Both the position numbers and the translations under genes were made by a program. The notes below the pieces were generated by a model, which worked only from the letters and a program-made list of their open reading frames with translations, was not told the origin of the DNA and ran no database searches. Below, one piece after another: positions 55,240 through 64,000 of a DNA stretch of 64,000 nucleotides. This DNA comes from an uncultured Alphaproteobacteria bacterium (GTDB taxonomy: Bacteria; Pseudomonadota; Alphaproteobacteria; SMXQ01): the NCBI GenBank assembly GCA_963752345.1, contig CAVVYA010000020.1:207229-271228 (forward strand), read 5' to 3'. The number at the start of each line of letters is the position of its first letter. Position 1 is the first letter of the stretch.

Positions 55240-56088
55240 ATGCTCGAGACCCTGCGGGATAACCACAGAGAGTTTCTCGCGACGCTTTTTGCCGTTTCGG
55301 TTGTCGCGATCGCTTGGCTGGAGGTTTTCTTTCCACGCCGGCCGGCCGGTCCTTCGCGGTTGCGACGTTGGATATCCAACCTGTCGATCGGCACGTTCAA
55401 CACCGTGATTTTCGCGCTCACCGTAACCCTCGGTGGAGTCGTAGGTGCGATCATCGCCGAGGAGCATGGATGGGGCATGCTTCGGTTGATCTCCGCGCCA
55501 GATTGGCTTGCGATCCTGCTTGGAATCTTGGCCATCGACGTATTCGGGTACGCGATTCACCGGGTCCTGCATGTGGTGCCAGCCTTGTGGCGGCTGCATC
55601 ATGTGCATCATTCCGATATCGACATCGATTTCACGACGACGGTTCGGCACCATCCGCTGGAGATGGTGTTCGGTGAAACCGTGATCTTCGCGGCGACCGT
55701 CGCTCTAGGCGTTCCGCTGGAAAGTATTCTGCTCCGACAGATCGTCGCCACCGTGCTCGAATTTGCGAACCACAGCAACGTGCAGTTCCCGAAAAAATTG
55801 GACGAATGGATTCGCTGGGTATTCGTCACTCCGGACATGCATGTGGTGCACCACTCGGCGGTCAAACGCGAGACCGACAGCAATTACGGCTCGATCTTGT
55901 CGCTGTGGGACCGGTTGTTCGGCACCTATGTGGCGGCCCCCGCGCGCGGCATAGCCGGTATGACGATCGGCCTCGACTACCGTCGTGAGCCGCAGGATCA
56001 GCGCCTCGACCAAGTCCTGATCGCGCCGTTCGTCGAACCGCGGCGCGTCCATGCCGCGGGCAGGCCAGCGGCGCTGGCGACCGACTAG
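55240..56088 (+). CDS. Sterol desaturase / fatty acid hydroxylase family protein
   Basis: His boxes HRVLH, HHVHH, HSN, HVVHH; NYG...WDRLFGT; TM segments. Confidence 0.92.
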   Translation: MLETLRDNHREFLATLFAVSVVAIAWLEVFFPRRPAGPSRLRRWISNLSIGTFNTVIFALTVTLGGVVGAIIAEEHGWGMLRLISAPDWLAILLGILAIDVFGYAIHRVLHVVPALWRLHHVHHSDIDIDFTTTVRHHPLEMVFGETVIFAATVALGVPLESILLRQIVATVLEFANHSNVQFPKKLDEWIRWVFVTPDMHVVHHSAVKRETDSNYGSILSLWDRLFGTYVAAPARGIAGMTIGLDYRREPQDQRLDQVLIAPFVEPRRVHAAGRPAALATD

Positions 56089-56213
56089 CTCCGCTGCCAA
56101 TCCCGTCGGACCGCGATGGCGATCCTGACAGCCTTGCCGCGCCTCCTGCTTCCGCCCAGAATGACGCGATGATGGGCCCGCTGCTCGGCGCCTGTGATTC
56201 CGCGGGGGCACTC

Positions 56214-56798
56214 ATGACATATCGCGTTTGGCTCGGGTTGCTGGTCATTGTGCCGTTGCTCGGTCTGTTCGCCTGCACGCCCGAATCGCGCAACAGCCTG
56301 CCCGACGAAATGCGCGTGGCCGGCGACAGCCGGCTGCTCGGCCTATGGCGCGCCGAACCGGACAGCGACGATTTCCGCGTCCAGGTCAGCCAGCGCGATC
56401 CGCGGGAGTTTCTCGCGGTGACCACCGAGACGGCCAAGACCGAGCAAGGCAGCCGCGTCCATCGCGTCGAATACCGCCTGCGCTTCTTCGACGTGGGCGG
56501 CCGCTCCATCGTCGCGATTCAGGAACTCGGCGGGAGTCCCGGCCGCGAGCCGTCCTGGCTGCTGGCGGCCTACGGGTTCGATGGGAATAGCGCCGCGTTG
56601 CTGTTCATGGACGAGGAGCGCATCCGCCTGCTCGTGCAGGGCGGACGTTTGGCCGGCACCGTTCGCGAGGCCGACACGCAGTTTCGCGAACTGCTCATCA
56701 CGGCGCCGCCGGCCGCGCTCGCCGAACTGATCCAGGGCAATGATCCCGCGCGCCTGTTCACAGCGCGCGTCGGTCCCTTTATCCGCTTGGGCCCATAG
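56214..56798 (+). CDS. Hypothetical lipoprotein
   Basis: Hydrophobic signal with lipobox LFAC; D.RLLGLW motif typical of lipocalin-like beta-barrel lipoproteins. Confidence 0.7.
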   Translation: MTYRVWLGLLVIVPLLGLFACTPESRNSLPDEMRVAGDSRLLGLWRAEPDSDDFRVQVSQRDPREFLAVTTETAKTEQGSRVHRVEYRLRFFDVGGRSIVAIQELGGSPGREPSWLLAAYGFDGNSAALLFMDEERIRLLVQGGRLAGTVREADTQFRELLITAPPAALAELIQGNDPARLFTARVGPFIRLGP

Positions 56799-56886
56799 AG
56801 AAGGCACTTCGGCTGCGCCGCGGCGGCGCCGGTGCTGCCTTTTGGCTTGGCCTCGATACGCGTAATCGCGACGTTGGGCCGTCGTT

Positions 56887-57351
56887 CTATTCGAAGAATT
56901 TGCCTGCAATGAGGTGCGGCGGTACGGCGCCTTCTTTCTGTGCGCGGCCGGGAATGAACTTGCCATTGGGGTCGAGCCGCCGGCCCGTGCCGGTGCCGGG
57001 CGCGCTGGCGCCGAACCGGGCGAGCACGAGATTCTCCCGGCCCTCGTTGGAGAACGAGTAGTAGGCGCCCTTGGGCAGGAACAACGCCTGGTGCTTCTTC
57101 ACCACGGGCAACGGGCCGTCCGGCGTGAAGAACTGCGCTTCGCCTTGCAGCACGAGGAAGACGTGATCCTCCTCCATGTGGGCATGCATGCCATTCTCGC
57201 CGCCCTTGGGCGCGTAGCAATGGACGTTGAACGACGTCATGTCGGTTTTGGCCAGCACATGTTTGTGATGGCCCGCACTGACGAGCTGGATCTTGAGATC
57301 GAGAATCTCGGCCTTTGGCGCTGCGTCCTGATGTTTGACGGTCGATGCCAT
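56887..57351 (-). CDS. Cupin domain protein
   Basis: HAHMEEDH..LVLQGE cupin motif 1; PKG..YSFSN motif 2 (the usual His is Tyr); GGAGG RBS. Confidence 0.85.
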   Translation of the reverse strand: MASTVKHQDAAPKAEILDLKIQLVSAGHHKHVLAKTDMTSFNVHCYAPKGGENGMHAHMEEDHVFLVLQGEAQFFTPDGPLPVVKKHQALFLPKGAYYSFSNEGRENLVLARFGASAPGTGTGRRLDPNGKFIPGRAQKEGAVPPHLIAGKFFE

Positions 57352-57388
57352 GTGACCTCCCTGATCGGTTTTGCGCCGAGCATACCCC

Positions 57389-58343
57389 CTAAATCAACTG
57401 CCCCGCCAGGATCGCCGCGAGCACGAGCCAGCCGAACAGCCGGTTGGACCGGAACTTGCGCAAACAATCGGCCGGGTCGTTCGGGTTGAGCGTCACCGCC
57501 TGCCAGATCAGTTGGGCCGCCGCGGCGGCGAGCAAGGCCGTAGAACGGCCAGGACAGCCCGGCCGAGAGGCCGGCCAGCGCGAACAACAGGATGGCCGCG
57601 CCGTAGAAGGCGAACAACCACGGCCGGGTCCGCGATCCCAGGCGCAAGGCGAGCGACTTGACGCCGATCAGCGCGTCGTCCTCCTTGTCCTGATGGGCGT
57701 AGATGGTGTCGTAGCCGAGCGTCCAGCAGATGCCGCCGGCATAAAGTGCGAGCGCCGCAGGACCGAGCGTGCCGCTCGCCGCCGCGTAGCCCATCAGCGC
57801 CCCCCAGTTGAAGGCCAGGCCGAGGAAGGCCTGCGGCCAATAGGTCACGCGCTTCATGAACGGATAGATGAAGACGAGCAGCAGCGAGGCGACGCCCAGC
57901 AGGATGGCGTAGCGGTTGAGCGCGAGCAGAATGACGAACCCAACCAGCAGCTGGATGACCAGGAAGGTCCAGGCGGCGCGCACCGAAACGGCGCCTGACG
58001 GAATCGGCCGCGCCCGGGTGCGCGCGACCTGGGAATCGAAATCGCGGTCGGCGATGTCGTTGAAGGTGCAGCCGGCGCCGCGCATGACGATGGCGCCGAG
58101 CGCGAACAGCAGGCCGAGCCGCAGCGCCTCGCGCGGATCGGCGATCGGCAAGCCGGTGATGGCGATGCCCCACCAGCAGGGAAACAGCAGGAGCCAGGTG
58201 CCGATCGGCCGGTCGAGCCGCGCCAGCGCCGCGTAGGGCCGCAACCTTGCCGGCAGGATGCGCATGACGATCGGCGCCGTGCTGTCAGGCGGCAGATTGT
58301 CGAGGGATGCTGTGGGCGAATCGGTGACCGGCATCGGCGTCAT
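57389..58343 (-). CDS. ubiA: 4-hydroxybenzoate octaprenyltransferase (frameshift near 57535)
   Basis: RLDRPIG, NDIADRDFD, RTRARP, YPFMKR, YDTIYAHQDKEDD. Confidence 0.95.
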
Positions 58344-58376
58344 GGTATAGGGTATTCGGATTGTTCAGGCGGGATC

Positions 58377-59204
58377 ATGCCAGAAAAAGCGCGACACGAC
58401 GACAACGGCCCATCGGCCGCAACATTAACTGCCGACGACGGCAGCTACCGGCCGCGCACGCGGCTGTTCACCGGGCAGGATCTCAGCCCGGCGGCAATTG
58501 TCGATCTCGACTCCGGCCAAGCGCACTATCTCGCCAATGTATTGCGTCTGAAGCCCGGTGCCGCGGTCTCGCTGTTCAACGGCAGCGATGGCGAATGGCG
58601 CGGCCGCATCGAAACGCTGGCGCGCGGGCGCGGCACGGTGGTGCTGCAGGACCAGACGCGGCCGCAGCGCGCCGAGCCCGATCTCTGGCTGCTGTTCGCG
58701 CCGCTCAAGAAGGCACGCACCGATTATCTGGCGGAAAAGGCGACGGAGATCGGCGCCTCGCTGCTATGGCCGGTGTTCACCCGCCGCACCCAGGCCGAGC
58801 GCGTCAATCTCGACCGCCTGCGCGCCAATGCGATCGAGGCCGCCGAGCAGAGCGAGCGCCTGTCGGTGCCCGAACTGCGCGAGCCGGCCCGGCTGACCGA
58901 CGTTCTGGCGGGCTGGCCGGCCGACCGCCGGCTGCTGTTCTGCGACGAGTCGGGCGCCGGCCGGCCGATCGCCGAAGCGCTTGCGCGCGCCTCCGATGAG
59001 AATTCCGCAGCGCAAAAATGGGCGGTGCTGATCGGCCCCGAGGGCGGCTTCGCGCGCGACGAGCTTGACGCTCTGCATAAACTACCGTTTGTTACCGCCG
59101 CCGGCCTGGGGCCGCGTATTCTGCGCGCCGACACGGCAGCGCTGGCGGCCTTGGTCGCGGTCCAGGCGCTCGTCGGCGATTGGAAGGCCGGTCCACGCGG
59201 CTGA
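58377..59204 (+). CDS. rsmE: 16S rRNA m3U1498 methyltransferase
   Basis: [42 protein letters not shown]. Confidence 0.96.
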   Translation: MPEKARHDDNGPSAATLTADDGSYRPRTRLFTGQDLSPAAIVDLDSGQAHYLANVLRLKPGAAVSLFNGSDGEWRGRIETLARGRGTVVLQDQTRPQRAEPDLWLLFAPLKKARTDYLAEKATEIGASLLWPVFTRRTQAERVNLDRLRANAIEAAEQSERLSVPELREPARLTDVLAGWPADRRLLFCDESGAGRPIAEALARASDENSAAQKWAVLIGPEGGFARDELDALHKLPFVTAAGLGPRILRADTAALAALVAVQALVGDWKAGPRG

Positions 59205-59277
59205 CCTTCGCCCTGTTCCAAGTTACCGCCCCGTAACGTGCCTGTCATTTTCCAACTTCCCCGAGTTTCACTCCAGC

Positions 59278-60642
59278 ATGTCCGGACCCTCGCAACCTTC
59301 GGCCGAGCCGATCACCGACAAGCGCCAGCTCGTCGCCTATCTCGAGTCCGGCAGCAAGCCGCGCGAGCAATGGCGCATCGGCACCGAGCACGAGAAATTC
59401 GCCTACGATCTCGAGACGCTTCGCCGGTTGCCCTATGAGGGTGCGACGGGCATCCGCGCTCTGCTAGAGGGCCTCACCCGATTCGGCTGGCAGCCGGTCG
59501 AGGAGAACGGCCACGTCATCGCGCTGCTCAAGGGCGAGGCGTCGGTCACGCTGGAACCCGGCGGCCAGGTCGAACTGTCCGGCGCGCCGCTCGATAACGT
59601 GCATCAGACCTGTTTCGAAACCCACGAGCACCTCGACCAGGTCAAGGAAGTGGGCTCCGAGCTCGGCATCGGCATGATCGGGCTCGGCTTCGATCCGAAG
59701 TGGCGGCGCGAGGATATCCCGTGGATGCCCAAGGGACGCTACGGCATCATGCGGAACTACATGCCGAAGCGCGGCAAGCTCGGCCTCGACATGATGCTGC
59801 GCACCTGCACCATCCAGGTCAATCTGGATTTCGAATCCGAAGCCTGCATGGCGAAGAAGTTCCGTGTCGGCCTGGCGCTGCAGCCCCTCGCCACCGCCAT
59901 GTTCGCCAACTCGCCGTTCGTCGAGGGCAAGCCATCGGGCTTCCTCTCCACCCGCAGCCATATCTGGACCGACACCGATCCGGACCGCACCGGCGATCTG
60001 CCCTTTGTCTTCGAGCAGGGCTTCGGCTTCGAGCGCTATGTCGATTACATGCTCGATGTGCCGATGTATTTCGTTTACCGCCAGGGCCGCTATATCGACG
60101 CGTCCGGCCAATCGTTCCGCGACTTCATGGCGGGCAAGCTCGCGGCATTGCCCGGCGAGCGGCCGACCATGAGCGACTGGGCGGATCATCTCACCACCGC
60201 GTTTCCCGAGGTGCGTCTCAAGCGCTTCCTCGAGATGCGCGGCGCCGACGGCGGCCCGTGGCGCCGCATCTGCGCCTTGCCGGCGCTGTGGACCGGCTTG
60301 CTTTACGACTCCTCCGCGCTCGATGCCGCATGGGACCTGGTGAAGGATTGGACGACCGAAGAGCGCGCCTATCTGCGCGCGGCGGTGGCGAAGCAAGGCC
60401 TCGCCACGCCATTCCGCGGCGCGCCCCTGCGCGACACCGCCGAGCGGATGCTCGCCATCTCGAAGGCCGGGCTCGAGGCGCGCCGCCGTTTCGACTACAT
60501 GGGCCGCGACGAAAGCCGCTTCCTCGAAGTGCTCGGCGAGATCGTCGAGCGCGGCCGCACCCGGGCCGAGGACCTGCTGGTCAAATACCGCGACGACTGG
60601 CACGGCAATATCGATCCGATCTTCACCGAATACGCCTACTGA
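59278..60642 (+). CDS. gshA: Glutamate--cysteine ligase (alpha/plant type)
   Basis: [43 protein letters not shown]. Confidence 0.96.
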   Translation: MSGPSQPSAEPITDKRQLVAYLESGSKPREQWRIGTEHEKFAYDLETLRRLPYEGATGIRALLEGLTRFGWQPVEENGHVIALLKGEASVTLEPGGQVELSGAPLDNVHQTCFETHEHLDQVKEVGSELGIGMIGLGFDPKWRREDIPWMPKGRYGIMRNYMPKRGKLGLDMMLRTCTIQVNLDFESEACMAKKFRVGLALQPLATAMFANSPFVEGKPSGFLSTRSHIWTDTDPDRTGDLPFVFEQGFGFERYVDYMLDVPMYFVYRQGRYIDASGQSFRDFMAGKLAALPGERPTMSDWADHLTTAFPEVRLKRFLEMRGADGGPWRRICALPALWTGLLYDSSALDAAWDLVKDWTTEERAYLRAAVAKQGLATPFRGAPLRDTAERMLAISKAGLEARRRFDYMGRDESRFLEVLGEIVERGRTRAEDLLVKYRDDWHGNIDPIFTEYAY

Positions 60643-60662
60643 GCTGGAGCGCGCAGAGAGCC

Positions 60663-60989
60663 ATGGCAGACCGTTCGTCCGATACGCCGCCGCGAAAATC
60701 GCCCGCCGCCTGCGCCGACATGAGCGACTTGCGGGTCGAGATCGACCGGCTCGACCGCCAGATCGTCGCCTTGCTGGCGGAGCGTTCGGGCTATGTGGCA
60801 CGCGCCGCCCAGATCAAGAAGGATCGCGCGGCGATCGTCGACGAGGCGCGCATCGCGCAAGTCATTTCCGGTGCGCGCTCGCAGGCGGCCGAGCGCGGCG
60901 CCGACCCCGACCTCATCGAATCGATCTACCGCGCGATGATCGCCGCCTTCATCGCATTCGAAGAACGCGCGTTCGACAAAAACCTCTGA
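60663..60989 (+). CDS. Chorismate mutase (AroQ/PchB-like)
   Basis: LRVEIDRLDRQIVALLAER, AAQIK, D..R. Confidence 0.88.
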   Translation: MADRSSDTPPRKSPAACADMSDLRVEIDRLDRQIVALLAERSGYVARAAQIKKDRAAIVDEARIAQVISGARSQAAERGADPDLIESIYRAMIAAFIAFEERAFDKNL

Positions 60990-61019
60990 CGCGCTGGCGG
61001 CAAGAAGGCCTGACGCCCG

Positions 61020-61403
61020 TCAGAATTCCCAGAGCCAATGTGCCACGGCGAATGCGACGGCCGCCCACACCGCGACGATGATGACGAGACCGGCCCAGCG
61101 CAGCCAGCCCGGCAAAGGCAGGGGAGCTTCGGCACGCGCGCGGCAGTCGGCCATCACGGTTGCCGGAATCAGCCGCATGGCGGCGGCGATCAGCAGCGGC
61201 AGCACAATCAATTCGTCGAGCAGGCCGAGCACCGGAATGGCATCGGGAATGAGATCGATCGGACTGAGCGTATAGGCGACGATGAAAAGCGCGAGCGCCT
61301 TGGCGTGCCACGGCGTGCGCGGATCGGCGAGCGCCAGGCCGAGCACCTTGATGTCGCGCTTGAGCCGCAGAGCCCATGCTTTGAAGCGGTGCCACCATGC
61401 CAT
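61020..61403 (-). CDS. YkvA (DUF1232) membrane protein
   Basis: DPRTPW, YTLSPIDLIPD.IPVLG.LD. Confidence 0.92.
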   Translation of the reverse strand: MAWWHRFKAWALRLKRDIKVLGLALADPRTPWHAKALALFIVAYTLSPIDLIPDAIPVLGLLDELIVLPLLIAAAMRLIPATVMADCRARAEAPLPLPGWLRWAGLVIIVAVWAAVAFAVAHWLWEF

Positions 61404-61414
61404 GAGCGGCACTT

Positions 61415-61514
61415 TAGAGCATGATCCGTTCCGGCTGAATCGGATCATGCGCGATTCTTGATTGAATGCGCCTTTTCCACGCCGAACCGGCTTTCACTTC
61501 GGCGTAAAACGCTC
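61415..61514. repeat. RIME/Bru-RS-like intergenic mosaic element
   Basis: TAGAGCATGATCCG...CGGATCATGC hairpin followed by ACGCCGAACCGG..CACTTCGGCGTAAAACGCTC. Confidence 0.65.
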
Positions 61515-61551
61515 GGGCGAAAAACGCCAGACTGTTAAAAACGCCTGGCGG

Positions 61552-61983
61552 TCAATAGGGCAGCGTGATGCTGCCGTCCATGCCGACATGCCATTCCGGA
61601 TTCCACGCCACTTCCCAGATATGGCCGTCGGGATCGGCGAAATAGCCGGTGTAGCCGCCCCACGCCGCGTCGCGCGCCGCATTCATGATGGTGCCGCCGG
61701 CCGCCGCGGCCTGGGCGAGCACCGTATCGACCTCGTCGCGGCCGCGCGTGTTGTAGGACAGGATCATGCCGCCGAACCCGTTGGGCTTGCCGGCCGCGGG
61801 TGGCAGTCCGGCGTCGGCCGCCTGCATGGTGCGCGCGAACAGAGCGACGACGATGCTGCCGGCTTGATAGAACGCGACCTCGCCGTGCTGATTGCCGCGC
61901 TTCCAGCCCATGGCTTCGTAGAAGCTTTCGGCGCGCGCCAGATCCGCCACGCCGAGAGTGACCACGCTCAGCCGCTGCTCCAT
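61552..61983 (-). CDS. VOC/glyoxalase family protein
   Basis: VVTLGVADLARAESFYE, WGGYTGYFADPDGHIWEVAWNP. Confidence 0.92.
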   Translation of the reverse strand: MEQRLSVVTLGVADLARAESFYEAMGWKRGNQHGEVAFYQAGSIVVALFARTMQAADAGLPPAAGKPNGFGGMILSYNTRGRDEVDTVLAQAAAAGGTIMNAARDAAWGGYTGYFADPDGHIWEVAWNPEWHVGMDGSITLPY

Positions 61984-62072
61984 GGCTTCGTTCCCCGCGA
62001 CCCTCGTGTCGGCCTGTCGCGCGCTCCGGATCGCGGCGGCGACCGCCCCGCCTGCTGGACAACGCCCCGCGT

Positions 62073-63506
62073 TTACGACCCGGTGCCGCCGACCGTCAGG
62101 CCGTTGATCTTCAGCGTCGGCTGGCCGACGCCGACCGGCACGCCCTGGCCATCCTTGCCGCAGGTGCCGATGCCGAGGTCGAGCTGCAGGTCGTTGCCGA
62201 TCATCGAGACCTTGGTGAGCACATCGGGGCCGTTGCCGATCAGGGTCGCGCCCTTCACGGCCGGTCCGATCTTGCCGTCCTCGATGAGATAGGCCTCGGA
62301 AGCGGAGAACACGAACTTGCCCGAGGTGATGTCGACCTGGCCGCCGCCGAACTGCACGGCATAGAGGCCCTTCTTGACCGAGCGCAGGATCTCGTCCGGC
62401 GAATTCTGGCCGCCGAGCATGATGGTATTGGTCATGCGCGGCATCGGCCGATGGGCGTAGCTCTGGCGGCGGCCGTTGCCGGTCGAGCTGGCGCCCATCA
62501 GGCGCGCGTTCATGCGGTCCTGGAGGAAGCCCTTGAGGATGCCATCCTCGATCAGGACGGTGCGGCGCGATGGCGTGCCCTCGTCGTCGACGGTGAGCGA
62601 GCCGCGCCGGTTCTCGATGGTGCCGTCGTCGATCACGGTGACGCCCGGGGCGGCGATGCGCTGGCCCATCAGGCCGGCGAAGGCCGAGGTCTGCTTGCGG
62701 TTGAAGTCGCCCTCGAGCCCGTGGCCGATCGCCTCATGCAGCAGGATGCCGGGCCAGCCCGGCCCGAGCACCACATCCATCTCGCCCGCCGGGGCGGGGA
62801 CCGAACCCAGATTGACCAGGGCTTGGCGCAAAGCCTCGTCGACCTGAGCCTGCCAGCGTTCCGGCTGGATAAAGACGTCGTAGCGCTCGCGACCGCCGAC
62901 CCCCGCGCTGCCGGTCTCCTGGCGGTCGCCGTCGCCGACCACGACGGAGACATTGAGCCGCACCAGGGGCCGCACGTCGGCGATGCGCTCGCCGCCGGCG
63001 CGGATGATCTCGACGACGCGCCACTCGCCGGTCAGCGACACCGAGACTTGGCGGACGCGCGGGTCCTTGGCCCGGGCATAGGCGTCGATGTCGGCCAGCA
63101 GCTTGACCTTGTCGGCGAAGTCCTGGCCGGACAGGGGATTGGCATCGGTATAGAGCATCCGGTTCGTGCCGGAGGGCGGCGCGGCGATGGTGCCGCCATG
63201 GCCGCGCGCCACGGATTGGACCGTTTCGGCGGCCCGCGCGATGGCCGCTTCGCTCAACTCGCTGGCATGGGCATAGCCGGTGGCCTCACCGGCGATGGCG
63301 CGCAGCCCGAAGCCTTGGGACGTATCGAAATTGGCGGTCTTGAGACGGCCGTCGTCGAAGCCGAACGCTTCCGAGACGCTATATTCGAGGAACAACTCGC
63401 CGTCGTCGGCGCCCTTCAGCGCGGCATCGGTCAGGGATTCGACGCGGGGACGCGACAGTCCGGCGCGGTTGAAGAACAGATCGTCGGCAGTGATCAGCGC
63501 GGACAT
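62073..63506 (-). CDS. tldD: TldD metalloprotease
   Basis: LLHEAIGHGLEGDFNRK, DDEG, TGNGRR, PRMTNT, GTCGKDGQGVPVGVGQPT. Confidence 0.97.
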   Translation of the reverse strand: MSALITADDLFFNRAGLSRPRVESLTDAALKGADDGELFLEYSVSEAFGFDDGRLKTANFDTSQGFGLRAIAGEATGYAHASELSEAAIARAAETVQSVARGHGGTIAAPPSGTNRMLYTDANPLSGQDFADKVKLLADIDAYARAKDPRVRQVSVSLTGEWRVVEIIRAGGERIADVRPLVRLNVSVVVGDGDRQETGSAGVGGRERYDVFIQPERWQAQVDEALRQALVNLGSVPAPAGEMDVVLGPGWPGILLHEAIGHGLEGDFNRKQTSAFAGLMGQRIAAPGVTVIDDGTIENRRGSLTVDDEGTPSRRTVLIEDGILKGFLQDRMNARLMGASSTGNGRRQSYAHRPMPRMTNTIMLGGQNSPDEILRSVKKGLYAVQFGGGQVDITSGKFVFSASEAYLIEDGKIGPAVKGATLIGNGPDVLTKVSMIGNDLQLDLGIGTCGKDGQGVPVGVGQPTLKINGLTVGGTGS

Positions 63507-64000
63507 GGCGGCTCCCAATTCATAAATACGTACTTGAAAGATAGGGGGCGTGCGGTGCGCAATCCAGTCGGGATCGCGAATGGCTTGCAAATCTGTAGAG
63601 ATCGCCCGCGGTTCGGCCTCGCCTGTGGGCATGCGCGCGCAGGCTGCGAGCCAGTCGCATGGGATCTATGCATTTTTGCCTTCCGGGGCGGGCCGAAAAC
63701 GCTTCACAAGAACGGGGCTGGGCATTAGATAAAGGGGCTGGGCTTCCGGCACCCTTCCCATTGCGGACTCAGGCCTTCTTCGAGTTTTCCCCCGAGTGGG
63801 GCTTCCCGCATAACGATGCAGGATCGCCTCCGCAGCGATGGCCAGGACCCCCGCGCCGGGACCCTGATATCGCCGCCCTCTGGCAAAGGTTTAAAATCTG
63901 GCGCAGGGCCCCAGCGTGGTCTATAAGGCCGCGCGGATGGCCCTGTGAAACGACTGTAGGATCATGAGGATGAGGTTGAGTCACGTTCCCGCCTTGGTTC

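Noticed and set aside
48638-63506. tldD and pmbA as part of a RiPP/microcin cluster with the micro PEP-CTERM peptide
   Set aside because: Both sit in their usual housekeeping contexts about 12 kb apart, with no RiPP maturases or exporters nearby.
63507-64000. Short ORFs at the window end
   Set aside because: No coding features; probably the divergent promoter region upstream of tldD (coxB often lies here in Alphaproteobacteria, not verifiable in this window).

Overview
High-GC alphaproteobacterial chromosome segment (Rhodospirillales-like gene order; inference). It holds about 58 genes. The core housekeeping backbone is ribF-ileS-lspA-DUF3035-M16 protease pair-pgi-mutL, rsmD-rluB, tadA, purD, xseA, lpxL-lpxK-waaA-DUF374, pmbA, ubiD, ubiA, rsmE-gshA-chorismate mutase and tldD. 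Accessory pieces interrupt it: a ydbH-ynbE-ydbL envelope operon, an orphan tailspike-like beta-helix protein, a catabolic cluster with two solo Bug/TctC binding proteins, a Gly-rich autotransporter, a low-GC HNH nuclease, and CGTC-type REP palindromes. Many genes, including normally essential ones (lspA, lpxK), are split by single-base frameshifts, most likely uncorrected long-read indels, so they are annotated as joined CDSs. The most notable observations are: (1) a 58-aa PEP-CTERM protein with almost no passenger domain, behind a perfect sigma-54 promoter and two TTTACA-core enhancer boxes, followed by a sterol-desaturase-family gene and a lipoprotein; (2) two perfect sigma-EcfG (GGAAC-N16-CGTT) promoters, one driving sodB plus a hydrophilic protein and one driving a 31-aa/72-aa micro-operon that ends in a ~105-nt hairpin; (3) a foreign-looking PUA/EVE-like-HNH nuclease between tadA and DUF72. 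No rRNA, tRNA, CRISPR array, integrase or transposase was recognised.
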